64,000 nucleotides of DNA from Vicinamibacteria bacterium (GTDB lineage Bacteria; Acidobacteriota; Vicinamibacteria; Vicinamibacterales; JAENWD01), in the NCBI GenBank assembly GCA_963697705.1, contig CAVOPA010000017.1, forward strand, positions 75,126-139,125, given 5' to 3'. The position numbers were made by a program, and so were the translations under genes. Below are positions 26,730 through 35,732 of this stretch, piece after piece. The number at the start of each line of letters is the position of its first letter. The first letter of the stretch is position 1. The notes beneath the pieces were generated by a model. That model did not search any database. It was not told the origin of the DNA and worked only from the letters and a program-made list of their open reading frames with translations.

Positions 26730-28511
26730 ATGGAAAAGCCGCTTCGCCGAATCTTGATCGTCGATGACAGTCCTGAGGATCGTGCCGTGTACCGGCGCTT
26801 CCTCAGCGGTGATCCCGCGCACGCCTACGACTTCATCGAAACCGATTCGGGTACCGAGGGCGTGACCCTGTGCCGCGCCCATCGACCCGACGCCGTTCTG
26901 CTCGACTACCGGCTGCCGGATCTCGACGGCCTGACGTTCCTCACCGATCTCGATTGTGAAGTCGATGGGGTAGGGGTTCCCGTCATCGTACTGACGGGCC
27001 AGGGCAACGAGTCGATCGCGGTCGAGGCGATGAAGAACGGTGCGCAGGATTATCTCCTGAAGAGCACGATGACGGTCGCGAGCCTGCTTCGTGCCGTGGA
27101 GAACGCGATTCAGAAGGTGACGCTGCTGCGGGGCATGCAGCGGCAGACGCGCGAGCTGTCGGAGGCGAACGCCGAGCTCCAGCGCGAGGTGGCGAACCGG
27201 AAGCGTGCGGAGGAGGCGCTTCAGCACACCTACGACGAGCTCGAGCAGCTGGTCGCGGCGCGCACCGCGGAGCTGTCTCGCGCCAATCGTGAGCTCAGCC
27301 TCGAGATCGCCGAGCGGCGGCGGATCGAGGAGGAGCGCGCCCAACTGCTGATTCGCGAGCAGCAGGCCAACCGTCTCAAGGACGAGTTCCTCGCCACCGT
27401 CTCGCACGAGCTCCGGACGCCGCTGAACGCCGTGCTCGGCTGGGCGCGCGTGCTGCGGTCGGCCGACATCGACCCGGAGCTGCAGGCGCGGGCGCTCGAG
27501 AGCATCGAGCGCAACGCGCAATCGCAGGCGCGGCTCATCGAAGACATTCTCGAAGTGTCACGCATCGTCACCGGCAAGCTGCGGCTGAAGGTGAGGACGC
27601 TCGACATGTCGCAGGTGATTGACGCCGCACTCGACGTAGTACGCCCGGCGGCCGAAGCGAAGGACATCACGCTCAGAACCGATATCCCAGAGCGGCCGTG
27701 GCGCGGCGTTGGAGACGCGGACCGGCTCCAGCAGATTGTCTGGAACCTGCTCTCGAACGCGGTCAAGTTCACGCCGCGCGGCGGCACCGTCACCGCGACC
27801 CTGGCGCGCGCCAATGGGGCGGACGAGATCATCGTCACCGACACGGGCAAGGGCATCGACCCGTCGTTCCTGCCCCACGTGTTCGCACCGTTCCGCCAGG
27901 CAGACGCCTCGACGACTCGCGACCACGGCGGGCTCGGCCTGGGGCTTGCCATCGTGCGGCAGCTCACGGAGCTGCACGGCGGCACGGTGCGGGCAGAGAG
28001 CCAGGGCGTGGATCTCGGCGCGCGGTTCATCGTCGCCCTGCCCGCGCAGCAGACGGCGCCCGGGGCTGCCCCGGATTCAGGCCGGCACCGCGCCGCGGCG
28101 TCCAACGGACCGCCCGACCTCGCCGGGGTCCGCGTGATGGTCGTGGATGACGACCGTGACGCGCGCGAGCTGCTCACGGCGACGCTGGGCTACTACGGCG
28201 CGGACGTGACCGCCGCGGAATCAGCAGCGGAGGCCCTCCTCCTGCTGCCGGAGGTGCGCCCCGACGTGCTCCTGAGCGACATCGGCATGAGCGGAGAGGA
28301 TGGCTACTCGTTCATCCGGCGCGTGCGCTCGCTGCCGGCCGACCGCGGCGGTCTCATACCGGCTGTCGCCATCACCGCCTACGCGACGGCCGGCGATCGC
28401 GCGCTGGCGATGAGCTCAGGTTTCCAGCTGCACGTGCCCAAGCCGTTCGATCCCGTCGACCTCGCGCGCACGGTGCAACGCCTGACCGCCAGCCCTGTGA
28501 ACGGGAAGTAG
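26730..28511 (+). CDS. hybrid histidine kinase (REC - coiled coil - HisKA - HATPase - REC)
   Basis: ATG 26730 lies inside ORF 26604..28511. N-terminal REC (ILIVDDSPED, LLDYRLPDLDG, DYLLKS), H-box FLATVSHELRTPLNAV, LLSNAVKFT, DTGKGI, GGLGLGLAIV, and C-terminal REC (VMVVDDDRD, LLSDIGMSGEDG, LHVPKP). Confidence 0.9.
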   Translation: MEKPLRRILIVDDSPEDRAVYRRFLSGDPAHAYDFIETDSGTEGVTLCRAHRPDAVLLDYRLPDLDGLTFLTDLDCEVDGVGVPVIVLTGQGNESIAVEAMKNGAQDYLLKSTMTVASLLRAVENAIQKVTLLRGMQRQTRELSEANAELQREVANRKRAEEALQHTYDELEQLVAARTAELSRANRELSLEIAERRRIEEERAQLLIREQQANRLKDEFLATVSHELRTPLNAVLGWARVLRSADIDPELQARALESIERNAQSQARLIEDILEVSRIVTGKLRLKVRTLDMSQVIDAALDVVRPAAEAKDITLRTDIPERPWRGVGDADRLQQIVWNLLSNAVKFTPRGGTVTATLARANGADEIIVTDTGKGIDPSFLPHVFAPFRQADASTTRDHGGLGLGLAIVRQLTELHGGTVRAESQGVDLGARFIVALPAQQTAPGAAPDSGRHRAAASNGPPDLAGVRVMVVDDDRDARELLTATLGYYGADVTAAESAAEALLLLPEVRPDVLLSDIGMSGEDGYSFIRRVRSLPADRGGLIPAVAITAYATAGDRALAMSSGFQLHVPKPFDPVDLARTVQRLTASPVNGK

Positions 28512-28546
28512 ACCGCGCGGCCGGCGGGTTGGCGGGCCTTGGGTGC

Positions 28547-30862
28547 TCAGCGCTCAACGACAACAGGAAGATCCCTGTTGGCGATCGCCACATTGCCAGC
28601 GCTATCCGCGGCGTAGATCCGCACTTTGTACCGGCCGGCCTCGAGCGCCGTCGTGTCCCACAGCCCCTCTTCCGCGATGCCGTCCCGGACCGTGTTGGTC
28701 ACGGTGTAGAGAAAGCGCGTACGCCGGGTGCCATACACCGGAATGCCGCTGCCGGGCGCATAGACGAGAGCCGGAGCGCGGGCGTCCTGGGGGAGCCTGG
28801 TGAAATCGATAGTAACGCGCGGTGCCTCGAAGCCGGGAGCGGGGGTGCCATCGTCGCGCAGCACCTGGTAGCCCAGGCGGAACACACCGAGCCGGCGGCG
28901 CCTGATGTTGCCATCGACCTGATCGTATGCGTCCGCCACGATCCGCACGCGTCCCGACACGACGAGCTGCTTGCCGGTCTTCGCGATCGGGTCTCCGGCC
29001 TCGGTCAGCAGGATGATGCCTCGCGGCGCGATGGTGGGCGGCACCGTGTCCACGAAACCCACGAGGGGAAGCAGGAGCGGATTCACCTCGCGGCCGGGCA
29101 GGCCTACGTTCAGGTGCACGTGGTTGAACCGGTTCGCCGTGCCTATCGCATCGCCCAGCTCGAACCGCGTCCCGCGGCGCACCCGCACACGGAGCGGGCT
29201 GCCGGCATCGTCGCGTACGATCGGGGCACGGGCCTCGTCGATCGGCTGCCCTTTCCGCTCGCGCCCGACCCGCACGTGCACGTAGGTGAAAGGGCCCACG
29301 CTCAGGCTTTCGCTGAGTGTGTCGAACCCGAGGGACGCGAGTGGGGCGCCGACCTTGCCGCTTGCGACTGCGCGCACGACCTCGCCCTCTGCCGCATGCA
29401 CGTCGATGCCGGCGTGGAAGCGTTCCCGCGCGTCGGTCATGCTGCCGCGCGCTTCCCCCATGTTTCCCGCCAGTTCGTGCGGCTCGAACTGCGGGTCGAC
29501 CGGCCATGGCAGCGGCCGGGCAGACAACGACGCGGCGGGCAGGCCCGGCGCCGGTGCGAGCGGCGAGCGCGGCGGCTCCGGCGCATAGAGTCCGACGGGC
29601 GCGACGCGGCGCAGCAGGAAATTGCCCGCGTCGGCGATCACCAGCGCACCCTGCCGATCGACCGCGATGCCCGTGGGGTTCTCGAAGCGGGCGCCGGGGC
29701 CGGGGCCGTCAGAGAAGCCACTCGGACCTCCCGCGACCACCCGTGCGTGCCGGTCCGGCAGCACCTGCAGGATCCGTCCGCGCCGATCGGTGAGGTAAAA
29801 GGTGCCGTCGCGCCCGGCTGCGACACCAATCGGCCGGATGAGCGAGACGTCACCATTGGCGTCGATCGGCAGCAGCGCCGGCGTGCTGACGTCGCCCGCC
29901 GGTGTCACGCGTCGCACGGCGCCGTTTCCCGTATCGGCGACGATAATTGTGCCGTCAGGAAGCACAGCGATGCCGCACGGCGTGTCGAACTGCGCCGACG
30001 CACCGGCGCCATCGCGAGGACCCGGCCCGCTCCCGCCGGCGATCGTCGTAACGGTGCCACGCTCGTCGATCAGGCGAATGGCATCGTTGTAGGTGTCGGC
30101 GACGAGCAGGCGTTCCGCGCCGCCGGCCTGCGGGATGCCCGGGCGAGGGGGAGGCGGGCGTTGCAGCAGGCGGTCGATCCACGACGGCTGGGACACCGCC
30201 GCCGTGTTCCAGGGCGCAATGGCAACTCCAATCGGGCCGTTGAACTGCGCCTCGGTGCCGCGGCCGTCCCGAAGCCCGGGCACGCCGCTGCCGGCTATGG
30301 TCGTGACGCGTCCGTCGGGCGTGACACGCCTGATGCGGTGGTTGCCGGTATCGGCGATGTAGATGGCCCCATCGTCGGCAACGGCGATCCCTGATGGCGT
30401 ATGGAGCCGCGCGGTGCCGGACGGCCCGTCGGCGTATCCCTCACGGTCGCCGGCCACCGTGATTACACGCTCGCCCTCGAGTGCCCGGATGCGATTGCTG
30501 TCGTCGCCATCGGCGATATACACGCGGCCGTCGCGTCCGATGGCGACCGCGAACGGATCCGCGAACTCGGCCAGGGCGGCGCCGCCGTCACGCACACCGG
30601 GCTCACCGCGGCCCGCCAGCGTGGTGACCACGGCTGTCCACGCGCCTGCCGGTGGTGAGGGGAGAGCAGGCTTCCTGTAGTACCAGATTGCAGCCAGGAT
30701 CGACACCGTCAGCAGGAGCAGCGCCGCGACCAGATTCTGAACCGTCCGTCTCGTCAAGAATCCGATCTCCTCGGCGCGCACCTTCGCCGCGGGCCGGCGC
30801 CACACACTCGTGTATACATCATGAGTCGCATCCGGCCGCGTCCGCATCGCAACAGCCGTCAC
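28547..30862 (-). CDS. membrane-anchored NHL-repeat beta-propeller fused to an M23 metallopeptidase domain
   Basis: TM anchor LVAALLLLTVSILAAIWYY, then repeated NHL units (PSGIAVADDGAIYIADTGNHRIRRVTPDG; PCGIAVLPDGTIIVADTGNGAVRRV; PTGIAVDRQGALVIADAGNFLLRRV). M23 motifs are FHAGIDVH and NHVHLNVG. The start is GTG 30862 or ATG 30847. Confidence 0.85.
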   Translation of the reverse strand: MTAVAMRTRPDATHDVYTSVWRRPAAKVRAEEIGFLTRRTVQNLVAALLLLTVSILAAIWYYRKPALPSPPAGAWTAVVTTLAGRGEPGVRDGGAALAEFADPFAVAIGRDGRVYIADGDDSNRIRALEGERVITVAGDREGYADGPSGTARLHTPSGIAVADDGAIYIADTGNHRIRRVTPDGRVTTIAGSGVPGLRDGRGTEAQFNGPIGVAIAPWNTAAVSQPSWIDRLLQRPPPPRPGIPQAGGAERLLVADTYNDAIRLIDERGTVTTIAGGSGPGPRDGAGASAQFDTPCGIAVLPDGTIIVADTGNGAVRRVTPAGDVSTPALLPIDANGDVSLIRPIGVAAGRDGTFYLTDRRGRILQVLPDRHARVVAGGPSGFSDGPGPGARFENPTGIAVDRQGALVIADAGNFLLRRVAPVGLYAPEPPRSPLAPAPGLPAASLSARPLPWPVDPQFEPHELAGNMGEARGSMTDARERFHAGIDVHAAEGEVVRAVASGKVGAPLASLGFDTLSESLSVGPFTYVHVRVGRERKGQPIDEARAPIVRDDAGSPLRVRVRRGTRFELGDAIGTANRFNHVHLNVGLPGREVNPLLLPLVGFVDTVPPTIAPRGIILLTEAGDPIAKTGKQLVVSGRVRIVADAYDQVDGNIRRRRLGVFRLGYQVLRDDGTPAPGFEAPRVTIDFTRLPQDARAPALVYAPGSGIPVYGTRRTRFLYTVTNTVRDGIAEEGLWDTTALEAGRYKVRIYAADSAGNVAIANRDLPVVVER

Positions 30863-30991
30863 CCTCGGACCGACGTCGGGCGCTACGCTGCCATCTCCGA
30901 TAGCGCCTCGAGACGGTGACTACCCGAAACTAATCCGAGCGAGTCCGGCCGGCAGGACGGCGAGACGTCGAGCCGTCGTTAGCCGTTGGTC

Positions 30992-31060
30992 GCCTTAGCC
31001 CTTAGCCCTTAGCCCTTAGCCCTTAGCCCTTAGCCCTTAGCCCTTAGCCCTTAGCCCTTA
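30992..31060. repeat. tandem heptanucleotide array (CCCTTAG) x about 10
   Basis: Direct reading: gccttag (cccttag)x8 ccctta. It lies in the divergent gap between the NHL-M23 gene (start 30862) and the ABC-F gene (start 31118). The complementary strand is (GGGCTAA)n. Confidence 0.95.
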
Positions 31061-31068
31061 TCGTCTGG

Positions 31069-31074
31069 TACAAT
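31069..31074 (+). promoter_or_regulatory. -10-like TACAAT box immediately 3' of the heptamer array, upstream of the ABC-F gene
   Basis: ctggTACAATtacc lies 44 nt upstream of ATG 31118. GGAG (31104-07) serves as SD. The -35 position would fall inside the repeat array. Confidence 0.3.
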
Positions 31075-31117
31075 TACCGGTTTCGCCCGTCAGCAACCAG
31101 CCGCGGAGTACGCCCAG

Positions 31118-32725
31118 ATGATCTCGGTCCACAACGTGTCGATGCGCTACGGCTCAAAGGTGCTCTTCGACGAGGTCACGACGACCTTCTCGCCCGGGCG
31201 CCGCTACGGCCTCACGGGGCCGAACGGCGCCGGCAAGACCACCTTCATGAAGATCCTCTCCGGGGACCTCGACCCGCAGAAGGGCACGGTCGTGCGCCCG
31301 AAGAAGATGGGGCTCATCCGCCAGGATCAGTTCGCCTTCGACGACAAGCGCGTCATCGACACCGTGGTGATGGGCAACCCCCGGCTCTGGAGCGCGCTGC
31401 AGGAGCGCGAGGAACTCTACGGCAAGGCCGACATGACCGACGCGGACGGCATGCGCCTCGCGGAACTCGAGGGCATCGTCGGCGAGGAAGACGGCTACAC
31501 GGCAGAGACCGACGCCGCGATCCTGCTTCAGGGTCTCGACATCGCGGACGGCCGCCACGAGTACCTGATGCGCGAGATCACGAGCGACGAGCGCGTCCGC
31601 GTCCTGCTCGCCCAGGCGCTCTTCGGCAGCCCGCCGGCGCTGCTGCTGGACGAGCCGACGAACCATCTGGATCTCGACTCGATCCACTGGCTGGAGGAGT
31701 TCCTCACCTCCTATCAGGGCAGCCTCGTCGTGATCTCCCACGACCGGCACTTTCTGAACCGGGTCTGCACGCACATCGCGGACATCGACTACCAGACGAT
31801 CATCACCTACACCGGCGGTTACGACGACATGGTGATCGCGAAGACGCAGTTCCGCACGCGTTTCGAGGCGCAGCAGGCGCAGCGCGAGAAGAAGATCGCG
31901 CAGCTCCAGGAGTTCATCGCGCGGTTCTCGGCCGGCACGCGCAGCAGCCAGGTCACGTCGAGGAAGAAGGAAGTCGAGCGGCTGCAGACCAACGACCTGG
32001 CGCGCTCCAACATCCAGCGTCCGTACATCCGCTTCACCATGAAGCGCCCGCACGGCCGCATGGCGCTCGAGTGCGAAGGCGTCTCCAAGGCCTACGGTGA
32101 GCACCACGTGTTCCGCAACTTCGGCGCGTTCGTCGAGCGCGGCGAGAAGATCGCGGTCATCGGCCGGAACGGCGCCGGCAAGACGACGCTGCTGCGCGCA
32201 TTGCTGGCGGGAGAGACGACGGTTGGCGGCGTGCGCGTGCCGGAAGACGCCCGCGACGGCGGCAGCCTGCGGTGGGGACACGAGGTGTCAATCGGGTATT
32301 TTCTCCAGGATCAGACCGGCATCATCGAACCGGGATGGACGGCCGCTGACTGGCTCCACCAGTTCGATCCCGAGAAGTCGCGCGAGGAGATTCGCGGCCT
32401 GCTCGGCCAGATGCTCTTCGCGCAGGAAGAAGGCATGAAGCCGACGGCCGCCCTCTCAGGCGGCGAGACGGCGCGGCTGCTGTTCTGCCGCATCATGCTG
32501 CTGCAGCCGAACCTGCTCGTGCTCGACGAGCCGACCAATCACCTCGATCTCGAGTCGGTCACGGCCCTCAACATCGCAATTCAGAAGTACGAAGGGACCG
32601 TGCTTCTCGTCACGCACGACGAGGACCTGATCGAGGAGACCGCCACGCGCATCTGGCACGTCACGCCTGCCCGCATCGAGGACTTCAAGGGCAGCTACGA
32701 GGATTTCTCCGCGTTCGTGAAATAG
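31118..32725 (+). CDS. ABC-F family ATPase (two ABC cassettes, no TM domain; YbiT/Uup-like)
   Basis: Walker A GPNGAGKTT and GRNGAGKTT; Walker B LLLDEPTNHLD and LLVLDEPTNHLD; LSGGETARL signature; inter-domain linker with QQAQREKKIAQLQEFIARF. Confidence 0.9.
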   Translation: MISVHNVSMRYGSKVLFDEVTTTFSPGRRYGLTGPNGAGKTTFMKILSGDLDPQKGTVVRPKKMGLIRQDQFAFDDKRVIDTVVMGNPRLWSALQEREELYGKADMTDADGMRLAELEGIVGEEDGYTAETDAAILLQGLDIADGRHEYLMREITSDERVRVLLAQALFGSPPALLLDEPTNHLDLDSIHWLEEFLTSYQGSLVVISHDRHFLNRVCTHIADIDYQTIITYTGGYDDMVIAKTQFRTRFEAQQAQREKKIAQLQEFIARFSAGTRSSQVTSRKKEVERLQTNDLARSNIQRPYIRFTMKRPHGRMALECEGVSKAYGEHHVFRNFGAFVERGEKIAVIGRNGAGKTTLLRALLAGETTVGGVRVPEDARDGGSLRWGHEVSIGYFLQDQTGIIEPGWTAADWLHQFDPEKSREEIRGLLGQMLFAQEEGMKPTAALSGGETARLLFCRIMLLQPNLLVLDEPTNHLDLESVTALNIAIQKYEGTVLLVTHDEDLIEETATRIWHVTPARIEDFKGSYEDFSAFVK

Positions 32726-32783
32726 CGGCGCGTTCGCGGCACCGTCGGCCTTCGAATTGCCCGTACGCCGACCGAAGCCCCTT

Positions 32784-32940
32784 GTAGCGGCCCGTTCTGT
32801 CGGGCCGTGGTGACCCTGACGAGTGCCGCCGGTCCGCCCCGATCGGACAACCACGCAAATACGGGCGGGCCGGCAGATTCGTCGTTCTCGAGAGGGCTGT
32901 CGCCGACGCCCGACGGAGTCCGGCGCTACACGGGGCTTCG
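32784..32940. repeat. three REP-like GC-rich hairpins (GTAGCG-head family) between convergent genes
   Basis: GTAGCGGCCCGttctgtCGGGCCG (32784-32807, + orientation); GCCGGTCCGCCC...GGGCGGGCCGGC (32828-32874); and on the minus strand GTAGCGCCGGACtccGTCGGGCG (32901-32930). These resemble the units at 51896-52085. Confidence 0.4.
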
Positions 32941-32984
32941 CTCGGCGACTCTGATCATCCGAAGAAGCGCGGCATGGTGAGCGC

Positions 32985-35714
32985 TCACCGCAGTGGTATC
33001 GATATCTCGCGGCGGACGTATTGACCGGCAGTCCCGGCGAACGTGAGCTCCAGCCGATGCACGTCGGTTGCGCTGTCAGCCGGGCTGCTCGCCTCGCCCT
33101 CGTGCGGCAACGCCTTCAAGCCCTCCGGCAGCGCACCGATCTGCCGTGGCGTGCGCAGGTGGATCGCGTAGCGCTCACCCGGCATGCCTTCGAGGAGCAG
33201 CGTCAGTGCGGACGCGCCTGCCCGTGCCCGGAGGATGCGGAGCCCGCGGTTCATCGCACCCGCAGGCGCGGCGTCGATCCGACGAAAGACCTCCGTGCCC
33301 TCGTCGAGCCGGATCATCACGCTGACTGGAGTACTCGTGACCTGCCCAGGGTCGACGCGCACGAACTGGCTGTCGCCCTGCCGCTCGAGGTCGAACCTTG
33401 ACGCGCGATCGTTCACCGTCACCGCACGCACCCGAGCATCGAGGGGCAGCGCCGGTGACAGGATGATGCGGGCGCCTGGCGCTGCCGCGGCCGTAATGGT
33501 GAACCGGCGTGTGCCGGCGGCCCGGCTGAACGCCAGCGCGAAGCGTCCCGCGCCTGCGGGGATGCCGCTGACCCGCAGCGTGTTCCAGTCCGCCGGCAGC
33601 TGCGGCCGGAGGGAAACGACGGCGCCGCCCTCGCGGGTGCGCGACCACCCGAGTCCGAGCAGCCCGCGCACAATCGGGCTCACCACCATCGCCTCCGACC
33701 ACACCTGGTGGTGCGAGGAGCGCCCGAACGGCGCCTGCCGATCGCCCGATAGCAACTCCGTTACGTAACCGAGCGCGTTCGCATCGTCGAGCAGCGCGTT
33801 GGCCATCAGCGCCTGATAGCCGACCTGCGCGCGTCCGTAGCGGTAGGCGCCGACGCTGGCCCAACCGGTGAAGAGCGGCCAGACGGACCCGTAGTGGTAC
33901 GACAGCGGGTCGTAGAGCTCGCTGCGGTTCGACAGGATGCGCTGACCCCAGTCGGTGGCGAGCGCGCCGCCGCCAATAGAGTCGATCTCGGCCTGTGCGT
34001 GATCGTCGGTGAGGATGCCCCACCACATGGGGACGCTCGTCAGCACGGTTCGTTCATCGTAGAGCCGTGCGCCGCGGATCGCGTCGAGTCGTGCCTGGCG
34101 GCGTTCGAGGGCGGGACCCGGTTCGGCACGCACACTGTCGGTGCGCGGCAGCTTCGTGGCGTAGGCGTACGCATGGCGGTCGCCCAGCCAGTAGGTCGAC
34201 TCGGTACTCTGCCTCGCGCGCTCGCGCAGCCGCTCGGCGTCGGCGGCCATGGCGGCGTCGCCCATGACCTCGGACGCGAGCTCGCGCAGTCCCTCGAGTG
34301 CGGCGATCCAGGTGCCCTGCAGGTAAATTTCCTCGTGTGGCGGAGAGAGCGCGCCGCCCTCGACCCAGCCGTGCCCGACGCCGGTGTTCTCGATCAGGCC
34401 GTTGCCATCCGTGTCGGTTGCCGCGGAAAACCGGAATGCCTTCACGATGGAGGGCCAGGCCGCGCGGATGAAGTCTGCGTCGCCGGATGCGCGCCAGTAG
34501 TCCGCGTGGGCCGCAATGAACAGCGGCGTTGCGTCGGCGCTGGCCCACGGGTAGCCGTACTTCGTGAACCAGGGAATGAGCGACGCGCTCTGCGAGATCT
34601 CGTGCGGGATCTTGCCGTCGTCGCGCTCGAAGCCGCGAAGGAACTCGAGCGCCTGCCGCGTGGTGCCGAAGTCGCCGTAGCCGTTGACCGCGAACGTCGT
34701 CCAGATCGCGTCGCGCCCGAAGAACCAGGCAAAACCCGGACGCTCGCTGTCGCCCGACGTGCGGAACCCGGCGACCAGCCCCGTGCCGAGCAGCGGATTG
34801 GCAGCCACGCCCTTGTCGACGCCGACCTTGGCCCAGCGGAACGCCGCGTTCACCCTGTCATCCGGCGTCTCGACGTCCAGCGTCCCGGTCACAAGGCGCT
34901 GGTAGTGCTCCACGTTGTGCCGCAGCAGGTCGGGCACGCGTCCGAGCACCCGCTCGTACGTGGCGCGCGCGTCGGCTACGCCGGTCACGCTGCCGGCGAT
35001 CACGATCGGCACGAACGTACCCGCGCCGGGTTCGATCGCGAACTGCACGGGAGTATCGCGCGGCTCTTCCTGGTACGGCATGAGCGAGCCTTCGCGGGCC
35101 GCCGGCGAACCGATCACACCGGCGAAGCGGCCGGTCTCCTCGGTGATCTCATACAGGTGTGCGGTGGGGTTCCAGCCGACGTTGCCGGTCTGCAGGCCCG
35201 CCGGCCACATCAGCCGCAGGCGCGGTCGGAAGGACGCGCTCACCGTCAGCGGCAGCGTGGACTCGATCTCGAGCAGCATCACGAGTGCGGGCTCGTCGAG
35301 CGGGGCAAACGTGATCTGGCGCACCGTGAACACCGAATGCGCATACGTGAAGGTCGTCTGCTCTGGTGTGGCGGTGATTCGCGCGAGCACGTCGCTCCCT
35401 GCGATTTCGAGCGGGTAGCCCTCGATGGTGAACGCGAGCCGCAGGTCGTCGACGAGCTTCATCGGATACACCCAGGCCTCGAGGCCACGGTGCTCGTAGC
35501 CGACGAACGCGGATCGCCGCCCGACGATGTCGACGAAGGCGCCCTGCCTGGTGGGTCGCTCGAGGCGGAGTCCGCTCGCCGGCAACTCGAATCGCGGAAT
35601 CCCCGCCGGTTGAGGGGAGTCGATCCGGGCGCCGGTCGTCATGGCGGCCGAGAGCGCGAGGGCGAGCGTTACGGACACACGCGCGAGTGTCATGCCGATC
35701 CGTCCCCCAGACAT
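32985..35714 (-). CDS. secreted (alpha/alpha)6-barrel glycoside hydrolase, amylo-alpha-1,6-glucosidase/GH15-GH63-like family
   Basis: 909 aa (the start may instead be ATG 35693, giving signal peptide MTLARVSVTLALALSAAMT). Blocks GFAWFFGRDAIWTTFAVNGYGD, DGKIPHEISQS and HYGSVWPLFTGWASVG are typical of this fold. Family-level call only. Confidence 0.7.
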   Translation of the reverse strand: MSGGRIGMTLARVSVTLALALSAAMTTGARIDSPQPAGIPRFELPASGLRLERPTRQGAFVDIVGRRSAFVGYEHRGLEAWVYPMKLVDDLRLAFTIEGYPLEIAGSDVLARITATPEQTTFTYAHSVFTVRQITFAPLDEPALVMLLEIESTLPLTVSASFRPRLRLMWPAGLQTGNVGWNPTAHLYEITEETGRFAGVIGSPAAREGSLMPYQEEPRDTPVQFAIEPGAGTFVPIVIAGSVTGVADARATYERVLGRVPDLLRHNVEHYQRLVTGTLDVETPDDRVNAAFRWAKVGVDKGVAANPLLGTGLVAGFRTSGDSERPGFAWFFGRDAIWTTFAVNGYGDFGTTRQALEFLRGFERDDGKIPHEISQSASLIPWFTKYGYPWASADATPLFIAAHADYWRASGDADFIRAAWPSIVKAFRFSAATDTDGNGLIENTGVGHGWVEGGALSPPHEEIYLQGTWIAALEGLRELASEVMGDAAMAADAERLRERARQSTESTYWLGDRHAYAYATKLPRTDSVRAEPGPALERRQARLDAIRGARLYDERTVLTSVPMWWGILTDDHAQAEIDSIGGGALATDWGQRILSNRSELYDPLSYHYGSVWPLFTGWASVGAYRYGRAQVGYQALMANALLDDANALGYVTELLSGDRQAPFGRSSHHQVWSEAMVVSPIVRGLLGLGWSRTREGGAVVSLRPQLPADWNTLRVSGIPAGAGRFALAFSRAAGTRRFTITAAAAPGARIILSPALPLDARVRAVTVNDRASRFDLERQGDSQFVRVDPGQVTSTPVSVMIRLDEGTEVFRRIDAAPAGAMNRGLRILRARAGASALTLLLEGMPGERYAIHLRTPRQIGALPEGLKALPHEGEASSPADSATDVHRLELTFAGTAGQYVRREISIPLR

Positions 35715-35732
35715 GCAGTCGAAGCCTTCAGC

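Noticed and set aside
28529-30394. A 621-aa plus-strand ORF overlapping the NHL-M23 gene
   Set aside because: It is antisense to a gene with clear NHL repeats and M23 catalytic motifs. Its own product has no motifs and an Arg/Ala/Gly-rich composition.
30992-31060. The CCCTTAG array, considered as a telomere-like repeat or as coding for a peptide repeat
   Set aside because: It is internal to a gene-dense chromosomal region with genes on both sides. The unit (CTAAGGG on the other strand) is not TTAGGG or TTTAGGG. Each unit contains TAG, and a 7-nt period cycles through all frames, so it cannot encode protein.
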